Assembly: GCA_002633005.1 (NCBI GenBank) | Contig: NMRA01000454.1 | Coordinates: 217,733 to 281,732 of the forward strand | Source: Phoronis australis | Taxonomy: Eukaryota > Animalia > Phoronida | DNA length: 64,000 nt | Direction of reading: 5' to 3' | Shown: one piece after another, positions 53,029 to 64,000 of the stretch | Layout: every line of letters begins with the position of its first letter | Numbering within the stretch: the stretch's first letter is position 1 | Program-made: the position numbers and the translations under genes | Notes under the pieces: model-generated | What the model saw: only the letters and a program-made list of their open reading frames with translations | Told to the model about the DNA's origin: nothing | The model's database searches: none

Positions 53029-54341
53029 GTGAGGGTTTGTTGCTATACCTGTATGTTCTAGTGCTCATGCACCAAGTAATACAGGTTGCATTACACACGA
53101 CACTTGTTGCAAGAATCTTGTTAAAAGAAATAGAAAGATTGAATTTGCTCCCACTATGCGATATAACTCCATTCTTCCGTTTCAATATATTGCCACTCTA
53201 CGCCCATATGAGTTTAGATTTGACTTGTGGATCTGATAATCACAAATCACCAGGAAGTCTATATGCACGCATTGGAGCTCGAGCTCAAAATACATATACT
53301 ACACGAAGCAGCAGATACTAAAAGACTCATACGGCTACTCACACGACGACATAAACTATTTATAGACAGACACATCAATCGCTGTTGGTACTGACATTCA
53401 GCGCATGTTAATTTAGTTGTTTCGGTGTAGAATGGAAGCTCTGTGTGACCCATACGTTACTACATTCTGGTTCTTCTCTTTTGCTGACAAAGTCTTCACG
53501 TTAAGACCCAGGGTGAGTAGGTGAGCAGGTTGTTTTCTGTTTCAGTTTCAGAGAGTATCTCCTAAGCTTTAAGCGGAACCAAAGATGACTTGAAATTGTG
53601 ATTTTTTTAGCAGCTTTACTATAGTAATTACAATTGCACTAATTCAAAAGTATTTGAATTCCAGCTTCGCCCTTGTTCAAATAATTTTTGCCGATCAAAA
53701 ATCTCGATAAAATAACACACTGATACAAACACGCGCCTTGTATAACCTATTTATACTATGCGCCCCACCCACTGAGGATTTCTTACCGAAGCGCCTTCAC
53801 ACAGGTTGCTCCGCTTGTCTTGGTGTCGTTTGTCATCTTTTATCAATGATGATCGCAGATCGCGGACACGTTTACTTGCATTCAATATGTTTATGAAGGA
53901 TTTTTGAAGCCTGCATTACACGGTATTCAAGTTGCATTTAACAGCACCTACAGGCTTGGGGTGCATACCTGCTATTTTCAGTATTAACGTCACAGATTCA
54001 GCTAAATCAAACCCTATGTTAAAATTAAAGTGAAAGCTCTCAAAAATGCTCCTTGCTCACGGTTCTTATCATTTTAGGTAGAAAGTTTACCGAAATTTAT
54101 CATAAAGTTGACAAAAATACAATATTTACTGTTAATTTGCTTTTCATCCCAATAAATATTGCTTCCGGACAAAACTTTTTTTTGATTAAGCTCGACTCAT
54201 TAATATAAGTGTGATCTGTAGCGTTCTTAACACAAATCTGGCGCTGGTAACCGTTGATTTTTTTCTAAAACACCCTTTGAATCTTTAACATATAAATTTG
54301 GTTCAAATTGAGCCTACATTTATGTGCACCTGCCTTTCCAG

Positions 54342-54590
54342 AACTCGCGGCAGCTTCTATTGTCAAGATGATTGCAAGTGAGACAACAGTTGACGTTAGT
54401 TGGACTGCAGCAAAGGGAAATAAAGACAGTTACAAAGTGTCGTGCGGAAGAAAGCAATTCACTGTAGATAAGTCGGCTACGAACAAACAATTCACTGGCC
54501 TGACTTCTGGAACTGAGTACACTGTTACCATAACAACCGTCAAGGCAGGATGGGTTGATAAAAATTCATTGCCAAAGACAGTTAAAACAA
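54342..54590 (+). CDS. FN3 exon E10 (type A, second Cys replaced by Phe)
   Basis: AG/GTGAGT boundaries; shares the KQFTGL change with E7. Confidence 0.87.
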
Positions 54591-55108
54591 GTGAGTGTTT
54601 TTTGCTACGTGTCCTTGCCTGTAAGCGTACGTTTGTCGCAGCTTCTGTGGATAGGTGATGCAAGTTGTAACCGACAGCTGTGTGTCTGGCGATGTTACAA
54701 ACTTCATATAAAATACAAACAACTGGCCCAATTGCAAAACAAAGTACACTGGAATATTCAAATATCGGGTTACTTAGCCACAATTCTTTTTTATCCTTCA
54801 GGCACGTTGGTATTTCGCACCATTGGATTCTACATATTCTGTGTTGTTTTCTCATTGTCTTAACTTTATTCTTGACTGCATGCATTACTGTTAATTTGCT
54901 TTTCATGCCAATAAATATTGCTTCCGCCCAAAACCTTCTTTTGATTAAGCTCGACGCTTTAATATAAGTCTGATCAGTAGGGTTCTTAACACAAATCTGT
55001 CGCTGGTAACCGTTGATTTTTTTCTAAAACACACTGTGAATCTTTAACATACAAATTTGTTTAACATTGTGCTTACATTTATAAATATATGTGCACCTGC
55101 CTTTCCAG

Positions 55109-55357
55109 AACTCGCAGCAGCTACTGATGTCAGGGTGGTTGCAGGTGAGACAACACTTGACGTTAGTTGGACTGCAGCAAAGGGAAACAAAGACAGTTAC
55201 AAAGTGTCTTGCGGGAACAAGGACTTCACTGTAGATAAATTGGTTACGAAAAAACAGTGTATTGGCTTGACTTCTGGAACTGAGTACACTGTTGTCATAA
55301 CAACAGTCAAGGCAGGATGGGTTGATAAAAATACATTGCCAAAGACAGTTAAAACAA
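55109..55357 (+). CDS. FN3 exon E11 (type B)
   Basis: AG/GTGAGT boundaries; near-identical to E8. Confidence 0.87.
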
Positions 55358-58202
55358 GTGAGTGTTTTTTGTTACGTGTCCTCGCCTATACATGTAAATG
55401 TAGGTTTCTCACGGCTTCTCCTGTGGATGGGTGATGCAAGATGTAACCGACCGATATGTGTTTGACGATGTCATAGATTTCATATTAAAAACGAACAACC
55501 GGCCAAATTGCATAACAAAGTATACTGGAACACTCCAATTTCGAGTTACTCAGCCACAGTTCCGTAATATCTTTGAGGCACCTTGGTATTTCGCACCATT
55601 GGAGTTCAACTTATCCTGTGTTGTTTTTACATTATTTTGACTTTTTTCTTGGCTGTATTACTCTTCTGATTTCTGCGAAGAGGGCTGCCTTTGCTTTAGG
55701 ATAGTTGAATAAACTTTAAAGATATCCGTAGATCAATGATATGGACGTTTTGGCTTTCTCGGCATCAACCTAAACTAAAAAATGCCGAGAAATTGATCAC
55801 GCAAGTTCGTAATGTTTAAAATGAACCGAAGATGACGTGAAATTGTGAATTTTTTAAACAGTCGAAATCATTAATTATAGTCAAACTCGACGTTTGTTTC
55901 ATACCTGACCAGCAAACATCTACCTGACATACCAAATTGAAGTCACTGGAAATAACTCGAAATCTTACCTCCCGTATGGAGGATAGTAATGTAGTGTAAA
56001 CTGTGATGGCCCTGTTGTAGGGTACGTTGTCCGTCGTCAGACATTATATCGGGAGATAAATGATTGGTGGAGCGTCGTAGGTAACTACGATTGTCTACCG
56101 AAAAATAACAAATATGCTAAGAATAAGCCTAAAATGATTGTTCCCTGGTATCACAATTGATAATTTACACATCGCAGTTTAAATGTGAAATTTTCAGTAA
56201 AAATGTGCATGGAGTGGCTGAAGTTTAACACGTAACATATATAATACGGGATGTATTGATACAGAAGCGACCTTTTGTTGCATTTAGCGGTCCTGGCAGG
56301 ATTGAAAAACGAGTCCATACCACGTGTCCACATTGAAAACAATGACGTGATGGCCCGAAGTTTAACCATTTTTTCCCAAACTCAAATTCAAGATCACCTT
56401 GAACAATTTCCTTTCCGCCGTCGCAGGATCTGGGACTCATTTGTCTTATATTTTAGTCCAGTAGTCTATGGTTTACCGTCATGTTTGTGAAATTCTGAAA
56501 TTTAATGTTCGCCTTCGAGAGTAACGATAAGATCCGGGTATTCTTTGGCAGTGACCTCATAAAAAGAAAGTGTGGAGCAAAAACCTTAATCGCGTATGTC
56601 TACGTAAGCGTGTAGAAAGTTATTACTGCGAAATGTGGGCCGTGGCTCTGACAACCAATGAAATTCAAGTCAATTCAACTTGTCTTGATCGCGCTATAGA
56701 AGCGCCGCGCAGCGGTACGGTAGAACGTACACTTACTCGAAGGCGATTACGAATAGTCCAAGCTAGTTAATATTAGTCCGGTGTTTTTGAGAGCAATTAC
56801 AAAGTTCAGTAGAAACATATGAAGTGACAGTTTTAACTTTCGGTTCCATTACTTTTTTGATATTCAAAACGTTTGCACGTATGAAGATTTATTGAAAATT
56901 TAACCCTACAAAAAGGCCTTTTTTCACCCAACGAGTCTTCAAAAATTTCAAAACGAATTGTGTTACCCTAATTAGAGATAATTGGTGACGCCCGTTTGAA
57001 ATTTTAGAGTTAGTGTTCCAACACACTAAAGACATCATTACCAAAGACACTGTACTAACAAAAAATCTATCCAACAAATCTGGGCTTGCCATAATTTAGA
57101 ACAGAATGACGGTCCATAATTTTAGATTCACTGGCTCAAGAACTATGAACGCCCTCGAATGCGGTTTCAATTGTAGTTGCGTTTGCCTCGATATCTTCCA
57201 TGCTCTTGTATACATTGGGTTCGAATAATGCAACTGTGTTGATATCACTGTTGCCACTTTCTGATAAATACGACTACCATGAGCCCCCCATAGTGCAATT
57301 TAAGTTTTGTTTATGGTAAACCGTTTGCCAAATACTTTACCGTACCTCTTCGAGATTGAAGAGATGAGATCATGCTGAGAAGATCACGGTTAGCGTTTTT
57401 TGGGGCATGCGTAGCTAGTTCGGGGCTCCCTACTTGTAACTTTGTTATTGTTACTCAGCATGTCAGTACTTCTTTTTTGCATTCATTTGTTAATCTACAC
57501 ATTCCTGGAATTGATCTTTAAAATTGGTAAATAAAGCAAAGACTGAACTGCGCTCGCTTGATTTTGGATCCTGAATGTTGTGTGCCTTCGTGGTTGTCTG
57601 TCTTCAGGCACGCCTCTACACATGAAACCATGTAAAAGTTATAAGAGGCGATACGAACGTTGCAAAAGCGCCTGTAGATTTTGTGGAAATCTGTAACGGT
57701 GGCAACCCTTTTGTTAGTTAATTCATTTGCCTACCCTGCTTGTATGTTTGAAAGCTTGAATTTTACTGTTTGTTGATGAGACAGTGTCCCTCAAACAAAT
57801 GTCAATAGTGATGTGCTTTACTGTGGTTATTGCAATTGCGTTAATTCATTTTGCCTTTCCGCCTCCCTATCAGATAGTTTGAAATATGTTGTTGGAAGGT
57901 GAGACACAGCCAGTCAGACAAATGCCAGTGTCCTGTACTTCATTGTCTTAGTTGCTATTGCTTCACATCATCCTTGGCATACACCAAACTAATCGTCCGA
58001 TGGAATTCAGTTTGAGTTAATTTGTTTATTGTCCTCACATGTTGTAGTGACTACTTAAGTTAAAAAGTACTGTGAAGTCGCTTGGGATTTTTAATCCAGA
58101 AGGTGAGTGTCTGACCTGTGCATGCTCCACAAAGTGGGTGCAAATCATTGGTCTCTGTTGGCATATTATTTTCCTTAATCCGTGTTTTTACCTTTGTGTC
58201 AG

Positions 58203-58460
58203 GCGTTACAAAACTTGGTGCAACTACAATTACCAATGCGGTTGGAAGTGAGAGAACAATTGACGTATATTGGACTCCTGCGGCTGGTCCTAAAGACAAG
58301 TACAACGTCTCATGCGGCACCCATCACTTTATTGCTGACAAGACAGCTACCAAAATAGTATGCACTGGTTTAACCCCTGGAACTGAGTACGTCGTTACCA
58401 TAAGAACACTCAAGGCGGGATCGGATGATGCAGTTTCGATATCAATGACGGCTAAAACAA
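58203..58460 (+). CDS. FN3 exon E12 (type C)
   Basis: AG/GTGAGG boundaries; near-identical to E9 (K>R and T>I changes). Confidence 0.86.
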
Positions 58461-59807
58461 GTGAGGGTTTGTTGCTATACCTGTATGTTCTAGTGCTCAT
58501 GCACCAAGTAATACAGGTTGCATTACACACGACACTTGTTGCAAGAATCTTGTTAAAAGAAATAGAAACATCGAAATTGCTCCCACTATGCGATATAACT
58601 CCTTTCTTCCGTTTCAATATATTGCCACTCTACGCCCATATGAGTTTAGATTTGACTTGTGGATCTGATAATCACAAATAAACAGGAAGTCTATATGCAC
58701 GCATTGGAGCTCGAGCTCAAAATACATATACTACACGAAGCAGCAGATAATAAAAGACTCATACGGTTACTCACACGACGACATAAACTGTTTAGAGACA
58801 GACACATCAATCGCTGTTGGTACTGACATTCAGCGCATGTTAATTTAGTTGTTTCGGTGTAGAATGGAGACTCTGTGTGACCCATACGTTACTACATTCT
58901 GGTTCATTTCTTTTGCTGACAAAGTTTTCACCACGTTAAGACCCAGGGTGAGCAGGTGAGGAGGTTGCTTTCTGTTTCAGTTTCAGAGAGCAATTTTTAA
59001 GTGTATCTCCTAAGCTTTCAGCTGAACCAAAGATGACTTTAAAGTGTGATTTTTTAGCAGCTTTACTATAGTAATTACAATTGCACTAATTCAAAAGTAT
59101 TTGAATTCCAGCTTAACCCTCGTTCAAATACTTTTGCCTATCACGAATCTCGATAAAGTAACACACTGATACAAACACGCGCGTTGTGTAACCTATTTAT
59201 ACTATGCGCCCCACCCACTGAGGACTTCATATCGAAGCGCCTTCACACAGGTTGCTCCGCTTGTCTTGGTGTCGTTTGTCATCTTTTATCAGTGATGATC
59301 GCAGATCGCGGGTCACGTTTACTTGCATTCAATATTTTAATGAAGGATTTTTGAAGCCTGCATTACACGGCTTTCAAGTTGCATTTAACAGCACGTACAG
59401 GCTTGGGGTGCATACATGTACGTGCTATTTTTAGTACTTACATGCACGTCACAGATTCAGCTAAATCAAACTCTATGTTAAAATTAAAGTGAAAGCTCTC
59501 AAAAATGCTCCTTGCTCACGGTTCTTATCATTTTAGGTAGAAAATTTACCGAAATTTATCATAAAGTTGACAAAAAACAATGTTTACTGTTAATATGCTT
59601 TTCATCCTAAGAAATATTACTTCCGCACAAAATTTTCTTTTGATTAAGCTCGACGCATTAATATAAGTGTGATCAGTGGGGTCCTTAACACAAATCTGTC
59701 GCTGGTAACAGTTGATTTTTTTCTAAACCACACTGTGAATATTTAACATATAAATTGGGTAAACATTGTGTTAACATTTATAAATATATGTGCACCTGCC
59801 TTTCCAG

Positions 59808-60056
59808 AACTCGTAGCAGCTACTAATGTCAGGGTGGTTGCAGGCGAGACAACAGTTGACGTTAGTTGGACTGCAGCAAAGGGAAACAAAGACAGTTACA
59901 AAGTGTCTTGCGGAATCAAGGACTTCACCGTAGATAAATTGGCTACGAAAAAACAATGTACTGGCTTGACTCCTGGAACCAAGTACGCTGTTACCATCAC
60001 AACAGTCAAGGCAGGATGGGTTGATGCAAATTCATTGCCAGAGACAGTTAAAACAA
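59808..60056 (+). CDS. FN3 exon E13 (type B', weaker GTGTGT donor)
   Basis: gcctttccAG|AACTCG...AAAACAA|GTGTGT; ELVAATNVRVVAGE...SCGIKDF...QCTGLTPGTKY. Confidence 0.83.
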
Positions 60057-60715
60057 GTGTGTTTTTTGTTACGCGTCCTAGGCTATAAGCGTACGTTTTT
60101 CACGGCTTCTGTGGATGAGTGATGCAAGTTGTANTCTTTGAGATTGAAGAGATGAGATCATGCTGAGAAGATCACGGTTAGTGTTTTTTGGGACATGCCT
60201 AGCTAGTTTGGGGCTCCCTACTTGTAACTTTGTTATTGTTACTCAGCATGTCAGTATTTCTTTTTTGCATTCATTTCTTAATCTACACATTCCTGGAATT
60301 GATCTTTAAAATTGGTAAATAAAGCAAAGACTGAAATGCGCTCGCTTGATTTTGGATCGTGAATGCCTTTCCGCCTCCCTATCAGATAGTTTGAAATATG
60401 TTGTTGGAAGGTGAGACACAGCCAGTCAGACAAATGCCAGTGTCCTGTACTTCATTGTCTTAGTTGCTATTGCTTCACATCATCCTTGGCATACACCAAA
60501 CTAATCGTCCGATTGAATTCAGTTTGAGTTAAGTTTGTTTATTGTCCTCACATGTTGTAGTGACTACTTATGTTAAAAAGTACTGTGAAGTCGCTTGGGA
60601 TTTTTAATCCCCAAGGTGAGTGTCTGACCTGTGCATGCTACACAAAGTGGGTGCAAACCAATGCTCTCTGTTGTCATATTATTTTCTTTAATCCGTGTTT
60701 TTACATTTGTGTCAG

Positions 60716-60973
60716 GCGTTACAAAACTTGGTGCAACTACAATTACCAATGCGGTTGGAAGTGAGAAAACAATTGATGTATATTGGACTCCTGCGGCAGG
60801 ACCTAAAGACAAGTACAACGTCTCATGCGGCACCCATCACTTTATTGCTGACAAGACAGCTACCAAAATAGTATGCACTGGTTTGACCCCTGGAACTGAG
60901 TACGTCGTTACCATAAGAACACTCAAGGCGGGATCGGATGATGCAGTTTCGACATCAATGACGGCTAAAACAA
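60716..60973 (+). CDS. FN3 exon E14 (type C; lies after the N gap)
   Basis: AG/GTGAGG boundaries; the encoded domain is the same as E9. Confidence 0.8.
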
Positions 60974-62312
60974 GTGAGGGTTTGTTGCTATACCTGTATG
61001 TTCTAGTGCTCATGCACCAAGTAATGCAGGTTGCATTACACACGACACTTGTTGCAAGAATCTTGTTAAAAGAAATAGAAACACTGAAATTGCTCCCACT
61101 ATGCGATATAACTCGATTCTTCCGTTTCAATATATTGCCACTCTAAGCCCATATGAGTTAAGATATGACTTGTGGTTCTGATAATCACAAATCACCAGGA
61201 AGTCTTTATGCACGCATTGGAGCTCGAGCTCAAAATACATATACTACACGAAGCAGCAGATACTAAAAGACTCATACGGCTACTCACACGACGACATAAA
61301 CTGTTTAGAGACAGACACATCAATCGCTGTTGGTACTGACATTCACCCCATGTTAATTTAGTTGTTTCGGTGTAGAATGGAAGCTCTGTGTAACCCATAC
61401 GTTACTACATTCTGGTTCACTTCTTTTGCTCACAAAGTCTTCACGTTAAGACCCAGGTTGAGCAGGTGAGGAGGTTGCTTTCTGTTTCAGTTTCAGAGAG
61501 CAATTTTTAAGTGTATCTCCTAAGCTTTCAGCTGAACCAAAGATGACTTGAAATTGTGATTTTTTAGCAGCTTTACTATAGTAATTACAATTGCACTAAT
61601 TCAAAAGTATTTGAATTCCAGCTTCGCCCTCGTTCAAATACTTTTGCGTATCACGAATCTCGATAAAATAACACACTGATACAAACACGCGTGTTGTGTA
61701 ACCTATTTATACTATGCGCTCCACCAACTGAGGATTTCATACCGAAGCGCCTTCACATAGGTTGCTCAGCTTGTCTTGGTGTCGTTTGTCATCTTTTATC
61801 AATGATGATCGCAGATCGCAGGACACGTTTACTTGCATTCAATATTTTAATGAAGGACTTTTGAAGCCTGCATTACACGGCATTCAAGTTGCATTTAACA
61901 GCACGTACAGGCTTGGGGTGCATACATGTACGTGCTATTTTTAGTATTTACGTCACAGATTCAGCTAAATAAAACTCTATGTTAAAATTAAAGTGAAAGC
62001 TCTCAAAAATGCTCCTTTCTCACGGTTCTTATCATTTTAGGTAGAAAGTTCACCGAAATTTACCATAAAGTTGACAAAAATACAATATTTACTGTTAATT
62101 TGCTTTTCATCCCAATAAATATTGCTTCCGCACAAAACTTCCTTTTGATTAAGCTCGACGCTTTACTATAAGTGTGATCAGTGGGGTCCTTAACACAAAT
62201 CTGTCGCTGGTAACAGTTGATTTTTTTCTAAACCATACTGTGAATCTTTAACATATAAATTGGGTAAACATTGTGCTTACATTTATAAATATATGTGCAC
62301 CTGCCTTTCCAG

Positions 62313-62561
62313 AACTCGTGGCAGCTACTAATGTCAGGGTGGTTGCAGGCGAGACAACAGTTGACGTTAAATGGACTGCAGCAAAGGGAAACAAAGACAG
62401 TTACAAAGTGTCTTGCGGAATCAAGGACTTCACCGTTGATAAATTTGCTACGAAAAAACAATGTACTGGCTTGACTCCTGGAACCGAGTACGCTGTTACC
62501 ATAACAACCGTCAAGGCAGGATGGGTTGATGCAAATTCATTGCCAGAGACAGTTAAAACAA
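62313..62561 (+). CDS. FN3 exon E15 (type B', GTGTGT donor)
   Basis: AG/GT boundaries; close paralog of E13 with DVKW, DKF and TEY differences. Confidence 0.83.
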
Positions 62562-63068
62562 GTGTGTTTTTTCTTACGCGTCCTTGGCTATAAGCGTACG
62601 TTTTTCACGGCTTCTGTGGATGAGTGATGCAAGTTGTAACCGCCAAATGTGTGCCTGGCCATGTTACAAACTTCATATAAAATACACACAACCGGCCCAA
62701 TACCAAAACAAAGTACACTGGAACTTTCGAATATCGGGTTACATGTACTTAGCCAGACTTCTGTGTTATCCTTCAGGCACGTTGGTATTTCGCACCATTG
62801 GATTCTACATATTCTGTGTTGTTTTTACAATATCTTGACTTTTTATTGGTTGCATTACTGTTCATTTGTTTTCATGCAAAGAAATATTGCTTCCGCACAT
62901 TTTTTTGATTAAACTCGATGATATAAGTGTGATCAGTAGTGTTCTTAACACAAATCTGGCGCTGGTAACTGTTGATTTTTTTTCTAAAACACACTGTGAA
63001 TCTTTTACACATAAATTGGGTTAATATTGTGCTTACATTTACACATATATGTACACCTGCCTTTCCAG

Positions 63069-63317
63069 AACTCGCAGCAGCTACTAATGTCAGGGTGGTT
63101 GCAGGTGACACAACAGTTGACGTTAGTTGGACTGCAGCAAAGGGAAACAAAGACAGTTACAAAGTGTCTTGCGGAAACAAGGACTTCACTGTAGATAAAT
63201 CGGCTACGAAAAAACAGTGTATTGGCTTGACTTCTGGAACTGAGTACACTGTTACCATAACAACAGTCAAGGCAGGATGGGTTGATGTAAATACATTGCC
63301 AAAGACAGTTAAAACAA
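63069..63317 (+). CDS. FN3 exon E16 (type B)
   Basis: gcctttccAG|AACTCG...AAAACAA|GTGAGT; ELAAATNVRVVAGDTTVDVSW...QCIGLTSGTEY. Confidence 0.87.
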
Positions 63318-64000
63318 GTGAGTGTTTTTTGTTACGTGTCCTTGCCTATAAGCGTACGTTTGTCACGGCTTCTGTGGATGGGTGATGCAAGTTTTGACCG
63401 ACCTATGTGTGTCTGGCGATGTTACATATTTCATATTAAAAACAAACAACCGACCAAATTGCATAACAAAGTATATTGGAACACTCCAATTTCGAGTTAC
63501 ATGTACTTAGCCACAGTTCCGCAATATCCTTCAGGCACCTTGGTATTTCGCACCATTGGAGTTCAACAAATCCTGTGTTTTTTTACATTATTTTGACTTT
63601 TTCTGTATTTTTGCTGTATTACTAACTCTTTTTCTTTTGCGTTACTAACCGCGTTGATTGCTGCGACGAGGGCTGCCATTGTTTTAGTATGGTTGGATAA
63701 ACTTGAAAGATATCCGTAGATGAATGATATGGAATTTTTCGCTTTCTCGACATCAATCTAAATGAGAAAATGCCTAGCAAATGGATCAAGCAAGTTCGTA
63801 ATGTTGAATCTGAACCGAAGATGACTTGAACTTGAATTTTTTAAACAGTTAAAATCATTTATTATTGTCAAACATAACGTATGTTTCATAACTGAACTGC
63901 AAAAACATACCTGACAAAGCAAATTGAAGTCACTGGAAATAACTCACAATCTTACCTCCCGAATGAAGGATAGTAATGTTGTGCAATCCGGGATTGCCCT

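Larger units (their letters stand above)
9715..63317 (+). other. Partial multi-exon gene or gene array encoding at least 16 tandem FN3 domains (receptor-PTP ectodomain-like or tenascin-like); probably extends beyond both window ends
   Basis: 16 co-oriented exons, each with a pyrimidine tract-AG acceptor and GT donor, lengths multiples of 3 and phase 1-1. Each has FN3 hallmarks (V.W in strand B; GL.[PS]G.[EK]Y tyrosine corner, GMTCGTEY in E3). No signal peptide, TM or catalytic exon found. Confidence 0.85.
48430..64000 (+). repeat. Young segmental tandem duplications of exon+intron units, order A A B C A B C B' (gap) C B' B
   Basis: Introns as well as exons are nearly identical. Spacings: E6-E7 755, E7-E10 4933, E8-E11 5163, E9-E12 5432, E12-E14 2513, E13-E15 2505 bp. 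Confidence 0.92.

Noticed and set aside
53770-53810. CTGAGGA...GAAG motif as another hammerhead (also near 59218 and 61728)
   Set aside because: No GAAA core or stem III, and stem II is not conserved among the copies.
46593-62461. Recurrent minus-strand ORFs overlapping FN3 exons
   Set aside because: Antisense shadows repeated only because of the duplications; lengths vary and no domain is recognisable.
48620-63385. FN3 ORFs in the ORF track as stand-alone single-exon genes
   Set aside because: Most begin at non-ATG codons in pyrimidine tracts, and protein similarity starts and stops at AG/GT sites. The extensions are translated intron.

Overview
This is AT-rich, intron- and transposon-rich animal DNA, probably from a marine invertebrate; the species cannot be determined. 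The whole window lies inside one + strand gene or gene array. It contains 16 intact exons of 246-264 bp, all symmetrical phase 1-1 with AG/GT boundaries, each encoding one compact fibronectin type III (FN3) domain that usually carries a Cys pair. No signal-peptide, transmembrane or catalytic exon was found, so the product could be a receptor PTP ectodomain, a tenascin-like protein or a novel poly-FN3 protein. The array is polarised: the 5' exons are old and diverged with long TE-filled introns, while the 3' exons (48-64 kb) are young duplicates in roughly 0.75, 2.5 and 5 kb blocks, one of them a mosaic. The introns hold decayed or nested elements: Helentron-type HINEs; RTE-X-like, CR1/L2-like and L1/Tx1 LINEs; Gmr1-like Gypsy relics; an intron-containing IS3EU-like transposase; a Kolobok-like THAP element; an Academ-like transposase; MITEs; and an LTR element carrying a Penelope fragment with a hammerhead ribozyme and a 39-bp minisatellite. 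Two single-N gaps (17409, 60134) each precede a duplicated block, so part of the copy number may be an assembly or haplotype artefact. All family assignments come from motif recognition by eye, not database searches.
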